Source: Xylographa opegraphella (taxonomy: Eukaryota). Taken from it: a stretch of DNA of 64,000 nucleotides. The notes below the pieces were generated by a model. That model saw only the letters and a program-made list of their open reading frames with translations. It ran no database searches and was not told the origin of the DNA. Numbering within the stretch: position 1 is the first letter of the stretch; each line of letters begins with the position of its first letter. Shown in pieces: positions 34,550 through 45,251 of this stretch. The stretch covers positions 372,001 to 436,000 of the forward strand of contig JALDZX010000008.1 in assembly GCA_022813865.1 (NCBI GenBank), read 5' to 3'. The position numbers were made by a program, and so were the translations under genes.

Positions 34550-37500
34550 AGCCCCTGCTCTCGAATTTTGTCCAACAGATTATGCTTCAGTATGAAATTG
34601 TGAGGATGATACAGATTATATACACACTTATCAATTCGTGTCCTGGGTCGCTCGTTCTTCCATTCCTCCGCCTCCATGGGCTTCCTACTTCGGGACCCTC
34701 GAAGGCGAGTTTAGCTTCTTGATACACGTTTTTGGTGGTGTAACAGCATTTCGATCTGTCATCTAGATTATCCGACCAATGGTCGAACGCATAACTGTGC
34801 GGAGTCCTTTCACTAGTTAATTCGTTTCTCTCATCGGTTCCGATCCGCGGATTCTAAGAAACCTGGCACGTAATGGATGTCGCTATCGCCTCTTTCATTT
34901 GCGGGCTGGATTTTTTTCGTGGCTGATTTCTGAACTCAGGTACAGCCGTGTCTGCCAATCCATGCGTATAGCCGGTGCCTAGATTCCCCATATGGGGAAG
35001 ATCGATGCTAAATCGAAGCTTATTTCTTAAGGTCCTTCCCCACAAATCTTCAGTGTGGAGGACTGCAGGCAGACGCCGTTCGGCCGGTCGGGAGCCTTGG
35101 CATAAATCTCCATCATTAGCCCCGCCCCTTGTCAATGTCACTGCAATGTGCTCTTCTGGCCCAAGTAGATTGGCACTTATGGCCAAGGTGGCAGTTGGAG
35201 GCTCCCGGCTGGAGACATCGAAAGTCAGGTGAGCCGAGTTCGGTCTTCCTTCAATCTGAATAGGTGTCGGAGTTCCCAGGCGCTTTCCCGCGTTTCTTGC
35301 AGCGACAATCCAATATATAGACAATCGTATCACATCATTCTGAGCTCCTCATTCTCGGCAACTCCGAAATTCGAGTGTTTGCAACAGCACCGTCTGGCAG
35401 CTGGCATCGAGCGCGATGAGATGGACACCTCGGAAGGGTTTGCACCAATTCCTTCGGCTTCTTGCGGGGTTTTCATTGACCAATACATCCCATGCTTTCT
35501 GTGACCAGCATAGAGGTTCGGTGGCTTTCACGCACGCGACGAACCGACGATGCATAAGCGTTTGTTTATTGCCTTGATTTGTAAAGGGGGTCTATTACGG
35601 CCTGAATTTAGCCGGAAAACCACACTAGTCAGGATAAATTGAACAGCCTCGAAAAGAACATGACCACGATTGAGAGAAAGAACGGAGTAACAAACCGGAA
35701 ATCAACAACCATGAACGAGTTTCGACCGCGAGGAAGTCTTCTGCTGGTATCATGCTATGCGTCCTATCCTGTGAATTGTAGTGTATTTGAACGTGTATTG
35801 ACAACGCCGACGGCCTATTCATGTCTTCGTTAGTACACACATTTGTTGGTAGGCAATGGGTCTTACTTTTGGGAAATGGCCGGAAGACTCTATCTCACAT
35901 CATGGAGAACAGTTTCTTCGTATAAGGAATATCCGCTGGGCCACTTGACCGTGCCGTTCAATATTAGGTGTGACAACAAGAGTGATTGCTTCGCATCAGC
36001 TCCATCGGCTTAAACCTGCCAGATTCGAGAACCTCAACAGCAAGAACCTTTGTCATACACACAATACACATCACAAGTACCGCTCAACTCCAGTATTCAC
36101 CTCCAATATTCGCGAAATAAAATGTTGCTGAGGTCGAAATACTTTGCGCAGCTAATAGCCTCCAAGGCCGCAGCCAAACCTTTCGCCCGTGGCGAAAACT
36201 TCAGATGAAGCCCACAATAACGTTAGGCGCTTGAGCAATGGACATCTGTGCCATTCAAGTGCCAGAGATTCCGGCCTTTACATACCCTACATATACGAAC
36301 AACATCACGGAGTTGCTCCGCCAAGCTCCGCCAAGCCTCGTTAAAACCTTGGACTACGGCGCGCTAGGCTGTTCGAGTCAGAGTATCACAATACATTTAG
36401 TCATGTATTGCTGTCAATGGTGATGGTTGTTTCGCATAACCACTATCGTCGAATTCTCGATGAGTATGGGAAACGTCCGCTTGATTTTGAGTTGAATCAG
36501 CCCAGTACCATGGACATGGCCTCCGTTGTGACAAAACTATTGTCTTTGCTACCTCATAATCCATATCACCTACTTATTACCCGTAATGCAAGCTGACGCT
36601 GCATGATAACAAGTCAGAGTCATGCTGTTTCGCACTGCTTTCGACTATGTCAATCTACTGCGGTCATTTTTATGTGTTGCCTCTCGTAAATGTTTCTCTG
36701 CGAAGCTTTAGAGATGATGTCGCCAAGGTGAAATTCTTTCCTCCGTGCTCAAAGTGATCATAGAAGTCAATAACTATACTGCTTGTTTCTGTGAGCAACT
36801 CTCGCTGAGCTCTTCTGAGCGCGTGCAGAACCGCGGGCAAGACCTTGCAACAACATCACCCTTCTACAAAAGCTCTTTCAAATTTTCAACCGAGAATAGT
36901 GTCCTTTGAAACATTTTCATCTTCCCAGAGACGTCTCTTCATTGGGTCCTTGCATCGAATCCACAAGTTTCAATCGGAAGATACCACGGCTTGTTTTGCC
37001 AATGCCTTCCTTGCTGTCTTACTACAAGATAAAACCGCATTTCTTGGAGTGTCATGATATTACCACCAGGCTTCGACGACTTTTGCATAGCAGCAAGACA
37101 GCCACAATGGGTGGCTGCAATTAGAAGAATACGTGGAATTTAGTCACAGTCTAATATGGTCAGTAATCGGGCTCCACAGATACCAAGCTCTAAGTCTATG
37201 TTTGGGTACAGGAGAGCCACTGCTGCGGTTTGGGTTAAAGATAACCTTGATATACAGGCTATCAAAGAGCTGTTTTTCGAAGTGAGACGTTTAAAAAATC
37301 ACCTGTCGGTGGTTATATGCATGAAAAGCAGATGCGTCTTCGAGGTCAAGTTGTACCAATAGCCAAAGATAGGCGGGTGATGTTCGAATAGATTTGATCT
37401 TCTTACCAAGGTATTGTGATTGTCGAGTCTCGTGGATGACATCTGCCGCCTGCAAGTACGTGTGAAGATATTCGGTAACGAGACAGTGCGAGAACAGTCC

Positions 37501-37967
37501 TATTCGAAGCCGGACTTTCTCGATTTGCTTCGCAATCTCACCAACTCATTCGTGAACAAAGCGCGGAGATCCAGTCGAGCTTCTCCGGTCGAATATCGAT
37601 TGCGCGATAGCGGACAACAATCTGGCTTACAGGCACGAGCATTTCCATTACCCAGGCACGTGTGAAACATCAGCTTCAATTCTTTCATTACAGCTGGTTG
37701 CTGTGACCAACCGACGTCGGATATTTACAGATCACGGTCTTTGGGGACCTTTAGTGTTCCTGCTGAGTGTGCCGGTTCCCACGAGCTTACTACCACTTTG
37801 GGATTCTCGACGTCGTGCCAAACAATGACTCCTTCTTCCTGGTGTATATCTCACTTATCATAGCAACTTGGTATCTGTGCTCAAAGTATTGCTCTGATCC
37901 TCAAATCAGCAGACCATAGTATACTCGCCCTGGAAGTGTGTCTGGTATGGAGCTCTGGCGTTTGATG

Positions 37968-39150
37968 ACCGTTGGGAACGAGATAAGCCATGCTCATTTC
38001 TGAATCACCCCGCGATGTCGAGTTGAGTAGGTTGTCTTTGAAATAGTGGGTTGTTCCTTTGCAATCATGTTCGTCACTTTCCGTTGCTTTGGCGGCTTAC
38101 CAGCTATAATTCTTGGTACTTGTCTTCGTATCTGCAATTCTTCTCACTCCTCAGTAATGCCACATGAGTGGCTTTCGATCCAATAACAGTTTCTGGATAT
38201 ATTCGCGAAAATCATGTTCGGGAAGTCCACAAACACACTGACTGAAGGGTCCAGGGAATTTTCAGATCATGCGCAATGATTGGAATATACTATTGTGGCA
38301 CGCAGCCGTAGCTCAGACATTTGTGGGCAAGTTCTCTATCTTGATGGGCAATGGCAGCTAGCTACCTGAAGAGATCGTGCAAGCAGGTTCCCAAGGCAAT
38401 TGATAGTCTAGTCGAAGATGCCTTACGAAATCGAGGAACGGAGAATCAAATAAGTTCCTTTACAGGTTGATCCAATTGAAACGAGATCATTACGAGATGC
38501 GATGCTAGATTTCCTACGTCTGCTTTGCTGGGAATGATTCAAATGCTTCAGGCGGGGAGCCAATTCTGTGCTAGCGCTATCCAGATCAATAGCGGACGCT
38601 AAACATATGAAGACATCCGACAGTTGAAGTGCCTACGAAAAATTATCATGAATTGAAAGTCATTTGCATGATCGGATTCTGTTGCGTTCGTAACAGCCAT
38701 ACAAAATCCCCTTTAAGTTTCCGCCCAATCTCCCCATTTGGCATGGATATTCGCTGCTGCATGGCCGACACCGCCCTTTTCCCTCCGGTATAGGACCGGA
38801 CGGCAATTGTGCAATCTCCATTCCAAAAGGCACCGATATCAACATCGTGACCTTGTGCATGCAGAAAGATCCAGATATCTGCGCCTATGAAGCCCCTCGA
38901 ATTCCGGCCGGAGATGGGAGAATCCGGACTGGAAGCCGTCGGCTTGCGACTACATTTAATTTGCTGCAGGCATGAGAATGTGTTCGGGACAGCAGAGGAC
39001 TATGTCAGAGTGCAGCTATGCGCTGGCGAGTTTTGCGCAGGCCTTACCTGGTATGGAAGATCACGATCCGGAGAGTAGATTTGGGGAAGAGCATAGGATG
39101 GTCATGCAGAGCCGCGATGGGGTAAGGGTTGCGTTCCCATCGGTAAGTCT
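37968..39150 (+). pseudogene. Heavily decayed cytochrome P450 (CYP52-clan-like)
   Basis: Collinear fragments in shifting frames: PLGTR*…WVVPL; FLDIFAKIMFGKSTNTL; CFAGNDSNAS; RYPDQ*; GIGPDG…IPKGT; KDPDI; EFRPE; heme motif FAAGMRMCSGQQ (~38960-38995); EEHRMVMQSRDGVRVAF. Confidence 0.85.
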
Positions 39151-39604
39151 TGCAGAGATGACGAGAGGCCGTTAGTTGCGGCTATTGTGAGGCTGCGAGA
39201 GACCTTCAGGAAGTCTCGATTCTTTCGCTCGGAAGCATGCAGTGTTGGCAAGATTGACCAGTGTGAATCTGACCTCTGTGACACGGCTACAAGCTGATCT
39301 CACTAGCAAAATAGATCGATACGTCCGCTTGCAGCATCAGCGGCAAAGTCGCACGAAATTACGTAACATTGGCGAGTCGCGTCGAGACGCTGGCTGCAGA
39401 GTGGTAAAGGATCGACGATGTTTTGCTAACAGCACGCAATCGGACGAGATGTCCGAGAGAGTCTGAGCTATCATGTGCCCGGACTTGCATAGCAATGGGG
39501 CGGTAGTTCACTTCAGTGGCCGAATCTTACGTCCTTCGGCGGTGACGAGCTCAGCGCCGACGAGTAATGGGCAGATGGATTCATCCCTTGGAGATCAACG
39601 ACTT

Positions 39605-40590
39605 TCGGCCACTGTTGGTCCGCATCGGATGGAGGCATGTCAGCTGCAGAGATGACATGCTCAAGAGCTCGACTAGTCTTGCCGCTGTCGAATGGAGGCA
39701 ATTTCAACAGCATCAGAGCTTCAAGAGTCCCGGCCATTGTTATTCTAGATCGAATGGAGGTATGTCCACTGCAAATGACATGCTTAAGAGCTCAACAAGT
39801 CTTGGCCTCTGCCAATCTGGCTCGAATGGCGTTATTTCAACTGCATCAGAAGAGTCTTGGCCGCTGTCATTCTGCCTCTAATGTAGTTATTGCAACCGCA
39901 TCTGAGCTCGAAGAGTCCTAGCTACCATTGTTCGATCTTTCATGGAGATATGTGAGCTGCACAAATGACATGCTTAAGAGCTCGTGACGTCTTGGTCGCT
40001 GTCGTTCTATATCGAATGGAGATATTCTAGGTGCATCAAAGCTCAATGAGCACCGGAGACTGCTGATCCGTATCGGATGGAAACATGTGAGCTGTACAGA
40101 TGACATGCCCGAGAATTCGACCCGTCCTTGCCACTGCTGTTCTGCATCAAATAGAGGTATTCCAACTGCACAACTGACATACTCCAGAGTTCAATAAGCT
40201 TTAGCCACGTTGTTCTGTATCAAATGGAGATATGTTGGCTGCAATAGGGCTTATCGAGTCCCGAATTTTGCCGATCCGTGTCCGATGGAGATATGTCGAC
40301 TGTACAGAGGATTTGCGGGAGAGCTCGACTGGTCTTGGCAACCGTTGTTCGGTCTCTGATGGGGATATGTCAGCTGCACAAATGACATATTCAGCAGCTC
40401 GACCAGCCTTGGCCACTGTCATTCTGTATCGAATGGAGATATGTTACCTGCACAAATGACATACTCGACAGCTCGACAAGCCTCGCAACCGTTGCTTTGC
40501 ATCGAATGGAGAAATCCCAACCGCACGAAATCTCGATAAGTCCCGGCCACTGCTGATCCATATTGAATGGAGATATGTCACCCGTACCAC
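39605..40590. repeat. Degenerate tandem array of ~15 units built from two related monomers (~74 bp and ~61 bp)
   Basis: ATCGAATGGAG-like anchors at ~39624, 39688, 39749, 39821, 39876, 39937, 40011, 40072, 40146, 40219, 40280, 40354, 40428, 40501 and 40562. Confidence 0.9.
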
Positions 40591-43500
40591 GAAGACGCTC
40601 AGTGTCAAAACACGCAATGCAATCATCATTCTTACATCTCGGAGCAGATGCAGTGACGAAATCGCCGATTAGAATGATGCAACGAAGAAGGCGAAGCCAT
40701 GGCAGGTAGGTAACTCGCCCGGACAGTAAATACTTCGAAGGCGTGCAGCTCTTGAAGCATCGACCGTCACAAAGACAAAGGAAACAGTGCGTGGCTAGAA
40801 AGCTCGCCTGAGACAAGTGGGAAATCAGAACATCAACTTGCAAAACACTTTATTCACCAGAATGAATATCACTATGAAGGAACGAGAAAAACTCGCAGCT
40901 GCCAAAACCACAGACGCAAGTGGGTTCAGGCACTTTCCATACGTCTCTCACCTCGCCTGCACCTATCCTCCGAGTCTCACCCCTTTTCATGCTCATAATA
41001 CTCCGTGCTTACCAGCACATCACCAACATAGCGCTTTTTAGATCTGGAGAAGTCGGAATCAATCAATTAATCAAACCGACCAACAAGCCCGCAATTCAGC
41101 AACGGCCATCTCCACTGGCCCTCAACCCTCCAGCGAAAACCAAGTGGTAGCATGTCCAAATTCACTGCACCGCGAAGCACAACCAGCACACAACGGATAC
41201 ACTACGGCCGAAGCCAGGCATGAGATATCCCCCTTTCTCAATAATGCGCCTATCACAAAACCCTTAATTCAATCACTCGCACCAGCGTCTCACCTGCCAG
41301 AGAAAACCCCCTGCCTCCCTGCCTGTCAGAGCACGCAACCGCAACCCCGATCCAGACCCAGCGGTGCCTCCCCAGTCCGCACCGGCAAATGCGAAGCACC
41401 GGGTAAGCAATCGATCAGCTCTAGGCCCCATCCATGCTCCCAATCCCAATTTCCCTTCCCAGTTCCAACCATACACCCCTCACCCAACGCAGATACTATG
41501 GTACTCCGTACCTACGCGCAATTCGCAAGGCTCCTCCCCCCCACCTTTTTTTCAAACCAGTCCTGGCAGTATCTAGAAGTACCACAGTAGCCAAATAACT
41601 CGCTCTTCCAGCTTTACGGTCCGACACCTCTCCCGCATCTTCAGCCCCAGCTCCGGCGCCCCTGCCTCGCGCGTCCCAAAGACCACCCGTCCCGCGGCGC
41701 GCACATGGCACTCGTACGGCCAAAGCAAGCTTTGCAAGTGCAGCATAATATCGTAGCAGGATCCCAGAAACTCGCTTCTCCCACCCCCAGCTGCAGTTTG
41801 TGATTTCGGTTCTGGAGTCCAGTCTGGCAGACATCCCGCCCTCTCTCGGCCCCCGGCCCCCTCTCGGCGCGCAGTATAATGTTTGGAAGTAGCGGTATAC
41901 CACGGCCTCCGCACGTCCTCCGCAGGTGTTCCGTAGACTACGAACGAGGAGGGAGAGGAGTAGAGGAGAAGAGAGGAGAGGAGGAAAGGAGGAGGATGAA
42001 GAAGCGCAGCACCCCATCCTCAGCACGCACTCCGCCAAACAAAAACCGCCCCCTTCCCCTCCCCTCCCGGAGCAGAAAGTTGCCATCCCCCCCCCTTCCA
42101 CCCCGTCCTACCGTAGCCACCCAAAAAAGCAAGCCGCACGCTCTCCCAGAGGGTCCATCAGGAATCTACCATCCCATATCCCAATCGGCTACCTTATTAT
42201 TCCTAAGTACCGTACCGGGATAGGGAAGGGAGGGGGGGTTGGCGAGGCCCGCCCAACACACTCTCAAACCCTGCTTTGTACCCCCAGAGGTCCAGAAGCG
42301 CCCATTTTCTTCCCGCCTGCCATGTGCGCGGGCTGGACCTTCCTGCCCTTGGCTGCGGAGAAAAGGCAAGTGCGGCGGACAGGATGATGATCGTCTGGTA
42401 CATTGTTATTTGGTAAATTGATCGTCCTCGCAAACCGATCCATGGATAGAGAGTAAGGTAGGCGGTACGTGGTAAGGGATCGCCAGGCACGGCATGGGCG
42501 GAGAAGTGACACTACACTGCACTATACCACATGCAGCTAGACGACACCTGTCCGCTTACGATAGCGCGGCACTTTGGGCTGAGTCTGGCACATCCCCTTT
42601 ACCTTAAGGTACGGTACTTGTTAACAGCCTGGTCTAGCCTAGCCTAGCGTTCACCTCCTCCTTTCTGCCTTCTACCCACAGCACCTGCGCAGGACTTACT
42701 ATTCTTGGTCCCTCCCATCCCTCCCTCCCTACCCAGTACTCAGAACCAGACCTCCNCCCCTCCCCTTTCCCCAGCCACCCCCAGCCACCCCCAGCCACCC
42801 CACACTCGTCCGTCTCTTACGATAGCGATAGCGTGTCCGCTGCTCGTGAGGCTGCTTACCTCTATCGCTTACATTACCTGGCTTGCCTGCGTGCCTACGG
42901 TACCCTCAATCCTCCTCCTCCCTGTGGGTGTGGGGTCCGTTACCGAGGTGCTTGTTTCGGGACGGGGGAGGGGATATGATATGGCTCTATGGCTGGGGCC
43001 AAAGGGGGCCGGTGGGGGGGGGAGGGGAGCTCGCTTCGGGGTAGGGGGGTACGTTTGGATAAAGATTAGGAGAGAAGGTAATGGGATAGAGAGGGAAGGG
43101 GATAGAAATCGTGTGCCTTTGGAGGCTGAGGCGGGGGCATCGCAAGACAGGTAGGTAGGGCTGTAGAGGGCTATAAAGTGCTATCCTACAATACGATATT
43201 AAAACCACGCAAACCGCCCCGAACCGAAACGAATGAAAGAAAGGAAACCGTTCAGAAGCGCGGGACTGCGATGAAGGGGAAAAGGTTTGAAGGTTTGAAG
43301 GTTTGCAGTAGAATAGATAGAATAGATGAACTGCAATCTGTGAGTACTGTGTAAGTATAACGAGCAGGCACCCCCCCCCCCCCAAAGAAAATAAAATTAA
43401 AAATTAAAAGTAAAAACCATCACCACCGAGCCGACATCTCAACCTCCACTTCATTCCATAATCGTCATTTTGGGGTTATCCCATCTATCTACAATACACA

Positions 43501-43824
43501 CACAGGCGCCCCCTCGTGCCTGCATGCCATGCCCCCTCCCCTCGCACGACAACCTATATACAAGCGGAAAAAACGGAGCGCCGCACGCGTGTAGCAGCCG
43601 CTCTCACCACCTTCCTTCTTCTTTCTTCTTTCTTCTCCATCTATATATCGTCTACCATCGTATCCAAAACGACAAACAACCACCCCGGCGAGCCACACGT
43701 GTCCAAAAACGAACAAAAAGAGCCACCCACATATCACAACCCGCTCAAACAATCGCCCAACGACTCATACCCGCACCGCCCAAACTCCCCCTCATGCACA
43801 CCCTTCCCCCTCCCGCTTCCCCAT

Positions 43825-45251
43825 TTACTCGACCGTAATATCCGTCGTCTTCGTAATACCCTGCGCATGATGCAGGATACTCTCCTCGCTATCGGTCCGA
43901 CGCCCGCCGACGCCACCACCGGGCGAGTGCACGCCCGCGATGGTGGAGATGCGCACGACGGGCTCCTTCTGCGCGAGGACGCCGAGGCCGTACTCGAGGC
44001 CGGAGTCGTCCTGGCGGCGGAACTTGTGGCGCGTCGAGTGGACGGCGTAGTCGGTCATGCGGTTGCGCGACCCGGTGAAGGAGCGCGTCGTCTCGAGCAG
44101 GTTGCGGAACAGCGGACGCAGCGAGGGCAGGCATGCCGCGATGATGCCGATCGAGAGCTCGATGCTGTTCCAGATGTTGTAGGAGTCGTCTCTGGAGGCG
44201 GGAAAAGGGGCGTTAGTGGTTTGAGAGGGGAGTGGGGAGAGGAAAGGGGAAAGGGTGGGCGTACCGTGTTTGGTCGGGGGTGGAGAGGATGTTGATTTGG
44301 ATGGAGAGTTTGATGATGGAGGCGATGCAGGCGCTGGGGAGCAAGTCGTTAGCAGTGGACGCCGGGGGATGGCTTGGGCACACGTACAAAGTTCCTAAGC
44401 TCAAGACACCGATGAGCGTGATCCGGGTCCGGACATTAAGCTGTAGACCCCAGATGACGGGGACGGGAAGGATGACGAAAAGGATGTCGGTGACGATATT
44501 GACCGCTGAAAGCATCATGTCAGCAAAGCAGTTGGCACAAAACGATTCTCGGCCGTAAACTGACAGGTGTTGAGGAGGCCGACGGCGGTGAAGGTGCCGA
44601 CGGAGAAGCATTTCGCTGTCGGGATCAGACTCGGATCCCAATTGGCAGCCGGCGGCACGCAGGAGAAGATGAGGGTCAAGGCAGCGACGAGGGTCGCCGC
44701 GATCAAAAAGACTGATCGATCACGGTCAGTAAGGCTCCGGATCGGCAACGGGGATCTCAAGCGACAAAGATCGGCGGATTTTACCTATGGTGCCCCAGAG
44801 GAGACGTTTATATCCCACCGAAGTCACCAGGCGCAGCAGGAGGAATGCGATTGAAAGCTTGACGAAACTGATGCCGATAGTCACGACGACCCAGTGGTAG
44901 AAAGCCCAATGGGAGATTTCTTCCTGACTAGCCGGCGACAGAAACACCGTGTGCCGCCCCACGCCGTTTTGCGTTTCTCCCACAAAACAGATCATCACCC
45001 CCAGACAGGAGATCTAAGGTCAAGTTCAGTAGGCAGTACATGCTCGCAGGTCGATGATTCCTTACCGAGGCCGCAAGCATTAACCAGTCATCGGTGCTGA
45101 AGGATTTAAGGATCACTCGTCGAACGTACATCCGCAGCGACGACAAGAACAAGGCGACGGCCGTCAGCGTGCCCACAATGGCCAAGATGTGGGAAGCTTT
45201 GCTGTCATCCACCAACCCCGGAGGGGGCGCTGTTGCAGGTGGAGCCGACAT
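43825..45251 (-). CDS. PTH11-like (rhodopsin-domain) 7-TM integral membrane protein without a CFEM domain
   Basis: LRMYVR…DDWLML; VKLSIAFLLLRL; C.PPAANWD; NIVTDILFVILPVPVIWGLQL; WNSIELSIGIIAACLPSLRPL. Six exons, all GT-AG. Confidence 0.92.

Noticed and set aside
34850..37800. Several 60-160 aa ORFs as genes or another decayed gene
   Set aside because: No recognisable motifs or consistent splice structure. Left unannotated, but a translated search is worthwhile.
39605..40590. CRISPR-like repeat-spacer array
   Set aside because: Whole units are homologous with no unique spacers, the repeats are degenerate, there are no cas genes, and the host is eukaryotic.
39605..40590. Hammerhead ribozyme satellite
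   Set aside because: No conserved CUGAnGA / GAAA core was seen on either strand.
39513..40843. Short ORFs with recurring peptides (SMSFVQLTYLH, ISPFD) as a repeat-protein gene
   Set aside because: The 74/61-bp units cycle through reading frames and contain stops. The peptides are a by-product of the DNA repeat.
17864..42620. Shared TAAGGTACGGTAC word at ~17865 and ~42605
   Set aside because: A 13-bp low-complexity, near-palindromic match with no flanking homology; not evidence of element ends.
41144..43500. Overlapping Pro/Gly/Arg-rich ORFs
   Set aside because: Expected by chance in GC-rich low-complexity DNA; no domain signal.
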